From: Candidatus Saccharimonadia bacterium
GTDB taxonomy: Bacteria > Patescibacteriota > SICC01
Direction of reading: 5' to 3'
Length of the DNA stretch: 64,000 nucleotides
NCBI GenBank assembly: GCA_025449535.1
Contig: JANWJF010000001.1
Location: forward strand, 485,136-549,135
Part shown: positions 1 to 8,784 of the stretch, one piece after another
Layout: every line of letters begins with the position of its first letter
Position numbering within the stretch: position 1 is the stretch's first letter
The notes under the pieces: model-generated
The model's input: only the letters and a program-made list of their open reading frames with translations
Databases searched by the model: none
What the model was told of the DNA's origin: nothing
Program-made: the position numbers and the translations under genes

Positions 1-1
1 C

Positions 2-118
2 TACATCGAGGTTCCCTGGCTGCAGCTGCAAGAAGGAGACCTGAAGGCATGCCGACTGGCCTACTGCGACCAGGAGCTCATCGACGAGCATCTCAAAATC
101 AAGCTGGCCGGCGAGTAG
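2..118 (+). CDS. 3' end of an unidentified gene (partial, stop TAG at 116-118)
   Basis: Open frame from window edge: ...YIEVPWLQLQEGDLKACRLAYCDQELIDEHLKIKLAGE*. Confidence 0.3.
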   Translation, partial: YIEVPWLQLQEGDLKACRLAYCDQELIDEHLKIKLAGE

Positions 119-237
119 GCGTTTGGGTGGTTGCGGCATACGGGGGCCTCGTCTTTGGTATTCACCTGACGAGGCTCCCTACCACCTGACTGAATGGCGG
201 ATATGACAATCTTCTAGTCTCTCGAAGACTTGCTAGG

Positions 238-597
238 CTAATCTTTGCCGAACTCCTCAGTTAGCAGCCGCGCGATCTCGATCGCGGCCGCCAGGTAGTG
301 CAGGTCGATTCCGTCGAGCAGCGCCTCGGGGCCTTGGTCGATGACAATCTCGCCGGACGGATGCTCCGCCAGGTCGATTTCGCCCGCCGTCAGCACCGCC
401 ACCTCGGCCAGGCCGGCTTCCTCGTCGAGTTCGTACGTGTCCGATCCGTCCTCCTTCGGTCGCTTCGGCCGTCTCGGCGGCTTCCGCTCCGCCCGGAAGA
501 GTTCAAAAAACGCTCCCGAGTCGGAGCGTTCGTAATCCTCGATGGCGCCGGTGACGCCTACGTCTATGGCGTCTAAGTGGTGTTCGATCTCGCGCAT
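238..597 (-). CDS. hypothetical acidic protein (119 aa) downstream of the beta-lactamase-like gene
   Basis: ORF track; no recognisable motif; same strand as the 654-1580 gene. Confidence 0.45.
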   Translation of the reverse strand: MREIEHHLDAIDVGVTGAIEDYERSDSGAFFELFRAERKPPRRPKRPKEDGSDTYELDEEAGLAEVAVLTAGEIDLAEHPSGEIVIDQGPEALLDGIDLHYLAAAIEIARLLTEEFGKD

Positions 598-653
598 CGG
601 GTTCCTTTCATGGCATCCGATGGTAACGAATAATCATATGGTTGTCAAGTATT

Positions 654-1580
654 CTACCGACCCACGTAATACGCGAAGATGTCCCGGGACGCCTCGGCGA
701 TTCGGCCGTGCACCTCCTCGACCTTGCCGCGGAGTCCCTCGGTGAAGATCGCCACGGCGTAGGACTTGCCCCGGTAGCGGACGATGCCGACGTCGTGCTG
801 GCCGCCGTTGAAGGCGTCTCCGGTCTTGTGATAGACCCGGGTGTCCTTCGGGAGGAGCGCCGGGATACGTTCCTCGTACTCGCTGTGGTCCAGGATGCCG
901 ATCAGCTCCTCGGTGAGGAACTCGTCGGCCAGGAGGCCCCGTTGGAGCCGGTCCATGAACCGCAGCATGTCTCGCGGCGTGGTCGTGTTCTCGGTCACCG
1001 AGGTGTCGGCCAGGCCCTGGTCGTTGGCGAACCGTTGGAGCTTCGCCTTGTCGAGCCGGGTCGCTAGGACGTAGGCGGCGGTGTTGTCGGACTTCTCCAT
1101 CATCAGTCGGGCCAGCTCCCGCCAACTGTACCGGTGCGGCGCGGGCTTGTTCTGGATGACGCCGGTGCCGTAGCGTTGGATCTCGTCCGGCGCCAACGTC
1201 AGGACCTCGTCGAGGTCGAACCGGTTGTTGGAAGCCTCGTGGTACATGAACCCGACGATCACCAACTTGGTCGTCGAGGCGGCGTCGTATACCCGGTCCG
1301 CGCCGAGCAGGAACTCCTTCCCGGTCTCCAGGTCGCGGGCAGCGATGCCGATCCGACCCTCCCCGAGATTCTGGGCGATCCGGATCGTCAGGTCGCGTTG
1401 CGAGTCGACGTTCGGGAGGCCGTCGTCCGCGACCGCCGGCTCCGCCGGGCGCGTCGGCTGCTGGGGCGGGGACAGGAGCAGGGACAGCCCGACCGCGACT
1501 ATCGCGACCGCCAGGTACTGCCGCTTCGAACCCCGTCGTACAGCCTTTTTCCTCTCCGGGCTGATGTGTGTTTCATCCAC
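654..1580 (-). CDS. class A beta-lactamase-like serine hydrolase, membrane-anchored (N-terminal TM plus Pro-rich linker)
   Basis: SxxK (STTK), SDN and KTG motifs in class A order; hydrophobic N-terminus. Confidence 0.7.
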   Translation of the reverse strand: MDETHISPERKKAVRRGSKRQYLAVAIVAVGLSLLLSPPQQPTRPAEPAVADDGLPNVDSQRDLTIRIAQNLGEGRIGIAARDLETGKEFLLGADRVYDAASTTKLVIVGFMYHEASNNRFDLDEVLTLAPDEIQRYGTGVIQNKPAPHRYSWRELARLMMEKSDNTAAYVLATRLDKAKLQRFANDQGLADTSVTENTTTPRDMLRFMDRLQRGLLADEFLTEELIGILDHSEYEERIPALLPKDTRVYHKTGDAFNGGQHDVGIVRYRGKSYAVAIFTEGLRGKVEEVHGRIAEASRDIFAYYVGR

Positions 1581-1619
1581 GAGGTCATTATACTTTTAGA
1601 TGCGCCCGATGGCGCACTC

Positions 1620-1694
1620 TCCGGAGTAGCTCAGCGGTAGAGCAACCGGCTGTTAACCGGTAGGCCGTCGGTTCGAATCCGACCTCCGGAGCCA
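1620..1694 (+). tRNA. tRNA-Asn (GTT)
   Basis: Cloverleaf read by eye: acceptor tccggag/ctccgga, anticodon loop cuGUUaa, T-loop GGTTCGAATCC, CCA encoded. Confidence 0.9.
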
Positions 1695-1734
1695 CGCGTA
1701 AGTGCTTTCAACTAATGTTTAGAAAGGCTCAACT

Positions 1735-1923
1735 ATGCAAAAGATCGCTACCCGAATTTTCATCTGTGCTTCGCTCGCGTTTGGCGTATTGGGAATCTCG
1801 GTTGTCCTTACCCGGCCCGAGGATGATTCGCTGCTCTCCAAGCTCCTGTTTATTACGGTCTTCATCATCCTGCCGTCGTTCGCCCTGAGTGTTGCCGGTA
1901 AGTACTTGAACGATAAGTCTTAG
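1735..1923 (+). CDS. small membrane protein (62 aa), AT-rich
   Basis: Two hydrophobic helices; lies in low-GC islet after tRNA-Asn. Confidence 0.4.
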   Translation: MQKIATRIFICASLAFGVLGISVVLTRPEDDSLLSKLLFITVFIILPSFALSVAGKYLNDKS

Positions 1924-1956
1924 TTCGAACATAGTACGCTTTGCGGAGCAAAGACC

Positions 1957-2313
1957 TTACGATTCCTTCCTTAGGATATTCTTCATCGCCTTGCCCCTCG
2001 CCAACTCATCAATCAACTTATCTAGGTAGCGGACTTCCTGCATGAGCGGTTCTTTGATATCTTCCACTCGGATACCGCAAATTACGCCTGTTATCAAAGT
2101 TCGCGACGGATTTAGCCGAGGAGCTTTCGCGAAGAAAGTCTCGAAGTCAGTCCGTTCTTCCAGTCGCGCTTCCAGCTCTTTCTGGCTGTACCCCGTCAGC
2201 CAACGGATGATTTCATCGACTTCTGCCTTTGTGCGATCCTTTTTCTCTGCCTTGGCAACGTAGTACGGGTAGACGCTGGCGACGCTCATTGTGTAGATCC
2301 GATGCTTTGTCAT
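1957..2313 (-). CDS. DUF2200 family protein
   Basis: N-terminus [25 protein letters not shown] typical of DUF2200 (recollection); lower GC. Confidence 0.6.
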   Translation of the reverse strand: MTKHRIYTMSVASVYPYYVAKAEKKDRTKAEVDEIIRWLTGYSQKELEARLEERTDFETFFAKAPRLNPSRTLITGVICGIRVEDIKEPLMQEVRYLDKLIDELARGKAMKNILRKES

Positions 2314-2326
2314 GGCCCTTTTGCTC

Positions 2327-2635
2327 CTAAGACTTTTTTGATCGCTTACTAAGCGCCCACCGCGCCGAAGGACTCATGGGCTTGTCCTTCCGATGGATGC
2401 AGCCGATCCAACAGCAGGGTCGGCGCTTTCCTTCCTTGAGCTCCTTGACGGTCCGTTCGACGTGTTGCCTTCTCGTCTCCGCTTGTTTGACGAACGTCGT
2501 CCAGCAGATCCATTCGTTGCGGGCCAGTGGCGTCAGGTCGTTCCAAGCCGCTAACGCGGCCGGATCGGAAGCAAGCGATTTTCGCAAATCCGTTGGTACG
2601 TTATGAACGGTACCGCTGGAAATTCTTTTGCTCAT
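2327..2635 (-). CDS. YdeI/OmpD-associated family protein
   Basis: [24 protein letters not shown] segment resembles the YdeI/OmpD-associated family (recollection). Confidence 0.55.
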   Translation of the reverse strand: MSKRISSGTVHNVPTDLRKSLASDPAALAAWNDLTPLARNEWICWTTFVKQAETRRQHVERTVKELKEGKRRPCCWIGCIHRKDKPMSPSARWALSKRSKKS

Positions 2636-2739
2636 AGGCTCATTCTAGGAATTTTTTGGATTAGAAACATCCGCTCATTGCCCCGGCAGGGTCGATTCCC
2701 CTGGCGAGCGAGGGCGCCGCTTGTCCGCTACTTGAAAAA

Positions 2740-3327
2740 GTGGCTTATTCATGGTATTATTACGCAATTTTCGTATACACCATGTCTGCCGAAACACCCA
2801 AACCGAACGCCGTGGAACGCGAGACGCCCGCCGAGCGGAAAGCCGCGTACGCAGAATTTCGTAGCTCACTTGCCGACCGATTCGTGTTTCACGGCGAGCG
2901 CGCGGTGGAATACTCAAACTTAGCTGTTGATGTCCGCCAGCTCGGCGAACTGCTCAAGGACGGCCGATTCAGTTACGTCGAGGTCGAGATGTCCGAAGAT
3001 CCGCAGTCTGGTGAAGCCAAGCTCGACAAGGTTAGTATGCTGGTTCCAGACACGGAGACCGGTGATTACAAGGACGGTGCGACCATTTACGAGGCGTACT
3101 TGCCAGTCGGTGAGGTCCGTAAGTTCGAGTTACACCGCAACCTATCCTTTGGAGAGACCCAGCGGGCCGAAGCAGGATCGGCCAAGGCGACGGCCATGAT
3201 GGTGATGACGGAAAGTACCATTCAACTGGCGAGGCGGGAGATCCTGATGGACAAGCCAGAAGGATACAAGGGAGAGCTAGCCAGCGTCGCCGAGGTCCGG
3301 AAGCTGCTGGGCAGCCTGCAAGGATAA
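2740..3327 (+). CDS. hypothetical protein (GTG start at 2740; alternative ATG at 2782)
   Basis: ORF track; no known motif. Confidence 0.45.
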   Translation: MAYSWYYYAIFVYTMSAETPKPNAVERETPAERKAAYAEFRSSLADRFVFHGERAVEYSNLAVDVRQLGELLKDGRFSYVEVEMSEDPQSGEAKLDKVSMLVPDTETGDYKDGATIYEAYLPVGEVRKFELHRNLSFGETQRAEAGSAKATAMMVMTESTIQLARREILMDKPEGYKGELASVAEVRKLLGSLQG

Positions 3328-3349
3328 CAGGTCGTATAATGGGCCCGTC

Positions 3350-3832
3350 ATGGCTCGCAAGCGACCGAAGCACCCCACGGCCACGCTGCTGCGTGTCGGA
3401 TCCCTTCGCGTGAACCTGCTGAACGGACAGACCGACTGGCGGGAATACCTGGTCTGGCAGCTCGGCCTGCTGGCCGCGGCGCTTTCGCTGCTGGTGATAC
3501 TGCTCCTGCTCTGGCGGCCCGCAGCCGTGACGGAAGTAACCGCGCTCTATGTGCTGCTGGCGGCCCTGCCGGGAGTCGCTTTGGCCTCGGTCTCGCTCTG
3601 GTGGCTGATCAAGCGCGAGTACAGCCGCAGCAAGCGGTTCGCGTTGGCATTCCTGGTACTGTCAGCACTTACCGCCTCGCTGGTGGGTTTGGGGATGTTC
3701 GAAGCCGTGCCGGAAACGGGGTGGTTCGATTTGCTGCTCGTCGGTACCCTGCTGTATCTGATCGGCACCGGTGTGATCGGTCTGGTCATCTTCGTCCGCG
3801 GGGACGACGTCTCGCCGTGGTGGAAGCGGTGA
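3350..3832 (+). CDS. hypothetical integral membrane protein (about 4 TM)
   Basis: Hydrophobic segments; ORF track. Confidence 0.45.
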   Translation: MARKRPKHPTATLLRVGSLRVNLLNGQTDWREYLVWQLGLLAAALSLLVILLLLWRPAAVTEVTALYVLLAALPGVALASVSLWWLIKREYSRSKRFALAFLVLSALTASLVGLGMFEAVPETGWFDLLLVGTLLYLIGTGVIGLVIFVRGDDVSPWWKR

Positions 3833-3849
3833 TATACTGACTCGTCATC

Positions 3850-4194
3850 ATGCCTGTCGCCGAACTGCATCTCGATAACCCGGAAATGGCCGAACGGTTA
3901 CGCAGCCGTCAGGATGAGTTCGCCGCGCTACTCGGCGTCGAACCGGAAACACTGCGCCACTTGGAGTTCTGTGACTGCTGCCATGGCGAAGACTGTTGGT
4001 GGGCAGACCTAACCGACGACGTGTTGGATTGGTACGGTCTCAACCTGGCTGATTACGACGAGTCATGCGAATACCGTGCCGATGTCGCCGGCGCCGAGTG
4101 CGGTCCCTGCGGTGGCACGGGCTTCAAGGGCGGCAGTTTCGATCTGACCGTTGAGCAGTGGCACCAGCTTGGCGGTCAGGACCGCAGCCTGTAG
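3850..4194 (+). CDS. hypothetical Cys-rich protein (CDCCHGEDCWW ... CGPCGG)
   Basis: ORF track; clustered Cys/His suggest a metal-binding site. Confidence 0.45.
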   Translation: MPVAELHLDNPEMAERLRSRQDEFAALLGVEPETLRHLEFCDCCHGEDCWWADLTDDVLDWYGLNLADYDESCEYRADVAGAECGPCGGTGFKGGSFDLTVEQWHQLGGQDRSL

Positions 4195-4943
4195 CCCGTC
4201 TGGAAGATCCGGTAATTCACTAGGAACATCACGACGCACCCTAGGAGGACCAACCCGAGCGAGAGCCAAGGGTCGACATCGGAGGCGCCGAGCATCCCAT
4301 GCCGGACCAGGTTAATCATGTAGAACAACGGGTTGAAGTGGCTGATCGTCTGGAAGACTTCCGGCAATAGGCTGACCGAATAGAAGACGCCGCCGAGGAA
4401 GATCAGCGGCTGGAGGATGAAGCTGGTGTATAGGCTGATCTGGTCGAACTGGTCGGCCAGCACGCCGGCCAGTACGCCGAGCAGCGCGAAGAACAGTCCG
4501 ACCGACAGCAGCCCGCCGAAGAACAGCACCGGGTCGGCCAGCGGCAAGTCGATCAGGAACGAGGCGGTGACCAGGGTGATCCCGGCGACGATCGAACCGC
4601 GGATCAATCCGCCGAGCGTGTATGCCGCCAGCAGTTCCAGTGAACTCAACGGGGAGGCCAGCTGGTCGTCGATCGCGCGCATGAACCGCATCTGGAACAG
4701 CGACGACGAGTTGTTCTCGAACGCTCCCATGGCCAGGGCCATCATCACCAGGCCGGGAAGGATGAAGACGATGTAGGAAAAGCCTTCGAGGTCGCCCACC
4801 CGGCTGCCGAGGGCCGCACCGAAGATCCCGATGTAGAGATAGGTGTTGAGGAGCGGGGTCAGCAGCGTTTGCCGCTTGATGTTCCAGTAGCGGGTGAACT
4901 CGCGCTTGAGGACCGTGCTGAAGCGGCGGAAATTGAAGGTCAC
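4176..4943 (-). CDS. ABC-2 type transporter permease (GTG start overlapping ATPase stop, GTGA)
   Basis: 6-TM ABC-2 permease-like sequence; N-terminal 170 aa of the listed ORF is an Arg-rich spurious extension. Confidence 0.7.
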   Translation of the reverse strand: MTFNFRRFSTVLKREFTRYWNIKRQTLLTPLLNTYLYIGIFGAALGSRVGDLEGFSYIVFILPGLVMMALAMGAFENNSSSLFQMRFMRAIDDQLASPLSSLELLAAYTLGGLIRGSIVAGITLVTASFLIDLPLADPVLFFGGLLSVGLFFALLGVLAGVLADQFDQISLYTSFILQPLIFLGGVFYSVSLLPEVFQTISHFNPLFYMINLVRHGMLGASDVDPWLSLGLVLLGCVVMFLVNYRIFQTGYRLRS

Positions 4944-5734
4944 GGCGTCTCCTGTCCTTCCTCGTCCGCCTCGGCGGTCCGTTGCAGTTCCTCGCGTCCG
5001 ACCACCGAGAGGTAGACGTCCTCGAGTGTCTTCTTCTTGAACTTCTTCTTCAGCTCGGCGACCGTGCCGGTCTCGACGATCTTGCCGTGGTTGATCAGGG
5101 CGATCTGGTTGCAGAGCTGCTCCGCTTCCTCGATGTAGTGGGTGGTGAGGAGGATGGTCTTGCCCTCCTTGTTGACCTTCTTCATGTAGTGCCAGAGCTC
5201 GAGCCGGAGCTCCACGTCCACGCCAGCGGTCGGTTCGTCGAGGACCAGCATCTGCGGGTCGTGCATCAGGGCGCGGGCGATTACCAAGCGCCGCCGCATG
5301 CCGCCGGACAGCCCGCGCGGGTTCTGCTTGCGCTTGTCCTGCAGCGAGAACGCATCGAGGAGTTCCTCGATGCGTTTCTTGCGCAGCTTCTTCGGCATGC
5401 CGTAATACCCGCCGTGGTAGTCGAGCGTTTCCTCGACGCTGAGAAACCAATCCAGGCTCATCACTTCCTGCGGCGACAAGCCGACGTGCTGCCGGGCGAC
5501 CGTGGGGTCGGCCACCGCGTCGTCGCCGAACACCTTGATCGTGCCCTTGGTCGGGATGGTCAAGCCGCTCATGCAGTGGATCGTCGTGGACTTGCCGGCG
5601 CCGTTCGGGCCGAGCAACCCGTAGAAGTCACCCTGCTTGATGTTCAGGTCGATACCCCTGAGGGCGACGGTCTCCTTCTGGCCTTTCTGAGAGCGATAGG
5701 TCTTGCGGAGCTTCTTGATCTCGAGCGCGTCCAT
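4940..5734 (-). CDS. ABC transporter ATP-binding protein
   Basis: Walker A GPNGAGKST, signature LSGGMRRRL, Walker B LVLDEPT. Confidence 0.9.
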   Translation of the reverse strand: MDALEIKKLRKTYRSQKGQKETVALRGIDLNIKQGDFYGLLGPNGAGKSTTIHCMSGLTIPTKGTIKVFGDDAVADPTVARQHVGLSPQEVMSLDWFLSVEETLDYHGGYYGMPKKLRKKRIEELLDAFSLQDKRKQNPRGLSGGMRRRLVIARALMHDPQMLVLDEPTAGVDVELRLELWHYMKKVNKEGKTILLTTHYIEEAEQLCNQIALINHGKIVETGTVAELKKKFKKKTLEDVYLSVVGREELQRTAEADEEGQETP

Positions 5735-5790
5735 ACCGGTCCAGTATAGTCCTTCGCGCGGCCCGCGGCCCCGGCGTCTATACTGAAACC

Positions 5791-6345
5791 ATGCCGCGCA
5801 TCTACACCCGGACCGGCGACAAGGGACTGACCAGCCTCTACGGCGGACAGCGGATTCCCAAGCACCGGGTGCGTCTGGACGTGGTCGGGACGCTCGACGA
5901 GCTGAACGCGATGCTCGGGCTGGCCTTGTCCGAAATCACGCAGAAGGACATCGTCGGGCCGTTGACCGAGGTCCAGAACCTGCTGCTGAACATCGGCGCC
6001 GAGGTCGCCGAAGGCGGCACCAAGGCCAAGAAGATGATCGACGACTCGCTGCGGATCAACCCGATGCACGTGGCGACGCTGGAACGCTGGATCGATTCGT
6101 TCGAGCAGGACGTGCCGCCGCTGACGACGTTCATCCTGCCCGGCGGGTCGCCGGCCGGAGCCCGGTTGCACCTGGCCCGGGCGGTCTGCCGCCGCGCGGA
6201 GCGCCGGCTGGCGGAACTCTCGGAGAAAGAGGGCGCCAACCCCGCCAGCCTGATGTATCTCAACCGTCTGTCCGACTTCCTGTTCGTCCTCGCCCGGACC
6301 GTGAACCACGCCGCCAAGGCGACCGAACGGACCTGGAAGAAGTGA
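5791..6345 (+). CDS. cob(I)yrinic acid a,c-diamide adenosyltransferase, PduO-type
   Basis: MPRIYTRTGDKGLTSL N-terminus characteristic of the PduO/MMAB family. Confidence 0.8.
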   Translation: MPRIYTRTGDKGLTSLYGGQRIPKHRVRLDVVGTLDELNAMLGLALSEITQKDIVGPLTEVQNLLLNIGAEVAEGGTKAKKMIDDSLRINPMHVATLERWIDSFEQDVPPLTTFILPGGSPAGARLHLARAVCRRAERRLAELSEKEGANPASLMYLNRLSDFLFVLARTVNHAAKATERTWKK

Positions 6346-6431
6346 CGCGTGGAACCTGCCGCAGTCGCTTGCCCACGGATAACCGAGGGAGCATACTGGC
6401 GTCGAGATTCGACGGAAGGAGGTGATGGAAA

Positions 6432-6848
6432 GTGGAATCAGTCATCGATCAGATCGAAGTGAACTACTGGGCGGTCCTCGCCTCGGGCGTCGGCGCGATG
6501 GTGGTCGGAGCCATCTGGTATAACGTCTTTTCCAAGCCGTGGCTCAAGGGCGTCGGGTTGACCGAGATGAAGGCGAAGAACGGCAGCAACTTGGTCTATC
6601 TGTGGTCGTTTTTCTGCATGCTGGTGATCGCCTACGTGCTGGCGCACGTGGTCGGCTTGGCCGAAGCGGACGACGTCACGGAAGGCCTGGCCACCGGAGC
6701 CTGGATGTGGCTCGGGTTCGCCGCCACGACGACGGCGATCAACTACCTGTATCAGCAGAAATCGCTGAAACTGTACGCGATCGACGCGGGTTACATGCTG
6801 CTGGTCTTCTTGCTCAGCGGCGCGATCCTTGCCAACTGGCCGGTATAG
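6432..6848 (+). CDS. DUF1761-like membrane protein
   Basis: Hydrophobic 4-TM profile; RBS GGAGGTGA 8 nt upstream of GTG. Confidence 0.5.
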   Translation: MESVIDQIEVNYWAVLASGVGAMVVGAIWYNVFSKPWLKGVGLTEMKAKNGSNLVYLWSFFCMLVIAYVLAHVVGLAEADDVTEGLATGAWMWLGFAATTTAINYLYQQKSLKLYAIDAGYMLLVFLLSGAILANWPV

Positions 6849-6856
6849 TCCTCACG

Positions 6857-6890
6857 ACAAAGGGCCTTCCGCAGAGGGCCTTTTGTTTTG
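6857..6890 (+). terminator. putative intrinsic terminator hairpin after the 6432-6848 gene
   Basis: acaaagggcc / ggccttttgt stem followed by TTTTG. Confidence 0.4.
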
Positions 6891-6951
6891 TCGATTCTGC
6901 CAATGACCTGCGCGCCCGGTACACTAAGGTACGTAACCGAAGGAGGACTCC

Positions 6952-7545
6952 ATGGCCGATTACCAAGCGCAGCCGTACGACGAGAAGCTCGACAAGCTGA
7001 CGGGCATCTCGAAGGAGACCAACCGTGCTCACTACGGGCTTTACGAGAAGTACGTGGCGCAGTACAACCGCGCGACGAAGGATCTCAAAGAGGCGGACAA
7101 GTCCGATGCCAACCAGATCTACTCCTGGTACCGCAGCGCCGCGGTGGACCTGACCTTCGCGATCGGCGGCGTCAAGAACCACGAGATCTACTTCGGCCAC
7201 CTCGGCGGGGACGGCTCGCCCGTGGATGGAGGCTTCCAGAAGCAGGTCGCCAAGGACTTCGGCAGCTGGGACGACTACGTCGCCGACCTCAAGGCGGCCG
7301 GCATGGCGGCCCGCGGCTGGGCCTGGACGGCCTGGGACGACGACTTCGGCAAGCTCATGAACGTCGTCGGGGACGCTCAGAACACCTTCCCGGTCTGGAA
7401 CGCCCATCCGGTGGTGGCGCTGGACGTGTACGAACACGCCTACATGGCGGACTTCTCCACCGCCCGGCCGAAGTACATCGACGCGTTCCTCGCGAACCTG
7501 GACTGGTCGGTGGTCGAGGAATCGTTCAAGAAGATCCACGCCTGA
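6952..7545 (+). CDS. superoxide dismutase, Fe/Mn family
   Basis: Fe/Mn SOD fold motifs including DVYEHAYMADF (DxWEHAYY-like). Confidence 0.85.
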   Translation: MADYQAQPYDEKLDKLTGISKETNRAHYGLYEKYVAQYNRATKDLKEADKSDANQIYSWYRSAAVDLTFAIGGVKNHEIYFGHLGGDGSPVDGGFQKQVAKDFGSWDDYVADLKAAGMAARGWAWTAWDDDFGKLMNVVGDAQNTFPVWNAHPVVALDVYEHAYMADFSTARPKYIDAFLANLDWSVVEESFKKIHA

Positions 7546-7622
7546 GCCACGCGCTTGCGCTCGCTTGCCGTCGAGGTTATGGTGACCTCGTAAAAACAAA
7601 ACTAACCTCGTAAGGAGGGTAC

Positions 7623-8273
7623 ATGGCGCAAGACAAAGCCGTGAAACGCAGCGTGCTGCGGACACTCGGACTGACTATCATCACGTCCGGGTTGTACATG
7701 TTCTATTGGTTCTACGTGACCAAGAACCAGCTGAAGCAGGAACTGAAGACGGACGACAACGTCGGCCTGCAGACCGTGGGATTGATCGTCCCGATCCTGA
7801 ACGCGTTCATCGTCTACTGGCTGTACCGGGACATCAACAAGGCACGGGACTCGAAGAAGCTCGAGACCTTCCCGGCCGGCTGGTACGTGGGCGTCCCGTA
7901 CATCCTGATCGCGATCGCCTTCGCGATCGGATTCGGCTCGTTCTTCTCCTTCATCGGCAGCGTCGTTGGCAACGACACCGGCGGCGCCGTGGCTGCCACC
8001 GGCGGACTGGTCCTGGCGTTGCTGTTCGCCTTCGCGGGAGGCATTTCCCACTACGTCTTCTGGGGCTTGGCCGTCAGCAAGCTCAACCAGTATTGGGACA
8101 AGGTCGGCAGGACCACGGCCAAATTCTCCACCGGCGAGATCGTCATTGTGGTTCTTGGTCTCGTGCTCGGCTACTTCAACGCGACGATGGATCGTACGGC
8201 CAACACCACCGAGAGCGACCAACAGCTGGAACAGCTCCAGCAGGAACTCGACAAGTACGACACCAAGTACTGA
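7623..8273 (+). CDS. membrane protein (DUF4234-like N-terminus)
   Basis: Multiple TM helices; ORF track. Confidence 0.5.
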   Translation: MAQDKAVKRSVLRTLGLTIITSGLYMFYWFYVTKNQLKQELKTDDNVGLQTVGLIVPILNAFIVYWLYRDINKARDSKKLETFPAGWYVGVPYILIAIAFAIGFGSFFSFIGSVVGNDTGGAVAATGGLVLALLFAFAGGISHYVFWGLAVSKLNQYWDKVGRTTAKFSTGEIVIVVLGLVLGYFNATMDRTANTTESDQQLEQLQQELDKYDTKY

Positions 8274-8295
8274 TCCGAACCTGGCTTACCCGATG

Positions 8296-8320
8296 CGCGC
8301 CGCCAAGCGGCGCGTTTTCG
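8296..8320 (+). terminator. rho-independent terminator
   Basis: 8-bp GC stem cgcgccgc/gcggcgcg, loop caa, then TTTT. Confidence 0.6.
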
Positions 8321-8324
8321 GTAA

Positions 8325-8717
8325 TTAGCGCCCTGCCGGCTGCCAGCCGACCCGGGCCAATCCTTGGGTGACGCCGCAAACCGCGTCGCCGACTTCCTGG
8401 ACGGTGATCGAGTGCTCGCCGGCGATCGTCGATACCTCCTCGCGCCCTTCCTCATGGAAGCCGTAGAACTGTTCGAAGATCCGCCTGTCCCGTTCGCTCA
8501 CGCCCGCCTCGCGCATCGCCGCTCGCAGCTCGGACAACCGTCGCCGGTGCTCGTCGAAAGCCGCCCAGCGTTCGTCCCCCACCTCCGGTCGGCGCTCCAG
8601 GAACTCACGGTCCCGGTCCGCCAGGTAGGAGAGGTCGCCGCTTACCCGCGGGTCGCCCACGACCCCGCGGTCACGCTCGGCGACGCCTTCGGATCCTCGT
8701 TGTTCCGATTCACTCAT
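8325..8717 (-). CDS. small sigma-70 region-4-like HTH protein (hypothetical)
   Basis: DRRIFEQFY...STIAGEHSITVQEV resembles the sigma-70 region 4 HTH. Confidence 0.4.
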   Translation of the reverse strand: MSESEQRGSEGVAERDRGVVGDPRVSGDLSYLADRDREFLERRPEVGDERWAAFDEHRRRLSELRAAMREAGVSERDRRIFEQFYGFHEEGREEVSTIAGEHSITVQEVGDAVCGVTQGLARVGWQPAGR

Positions 8718-8784
8718 GGCTAACCGGAAATCCTACCGCCGTGCTCGTGGGGCGTCAAGCGCCGTCCGGCGGTAGAATGACGGC

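Noticed and set aside
4944-5450. N-terminal about 170 codons of the listed 424-aa ORF 4176-5450
   Set aside because: Arg-rich extension lying inside the ABC ATPase gene. A GTG start overlapping the ATPase stop (GTGA) gives a normal ABC-2 permease length.
5644-6309. 221-aa and other long ORFs antisense to the PduO, ABC and other genes (5644-6309, 4982-5749, 6814-7665, 7602-8222)
   Set aside because: Arg/Pro/Gly-rich translations typical of spurious antisense frames in high-GC DNA. Each is fully overlapped by a gene with clear family motifs on the opposite strand.
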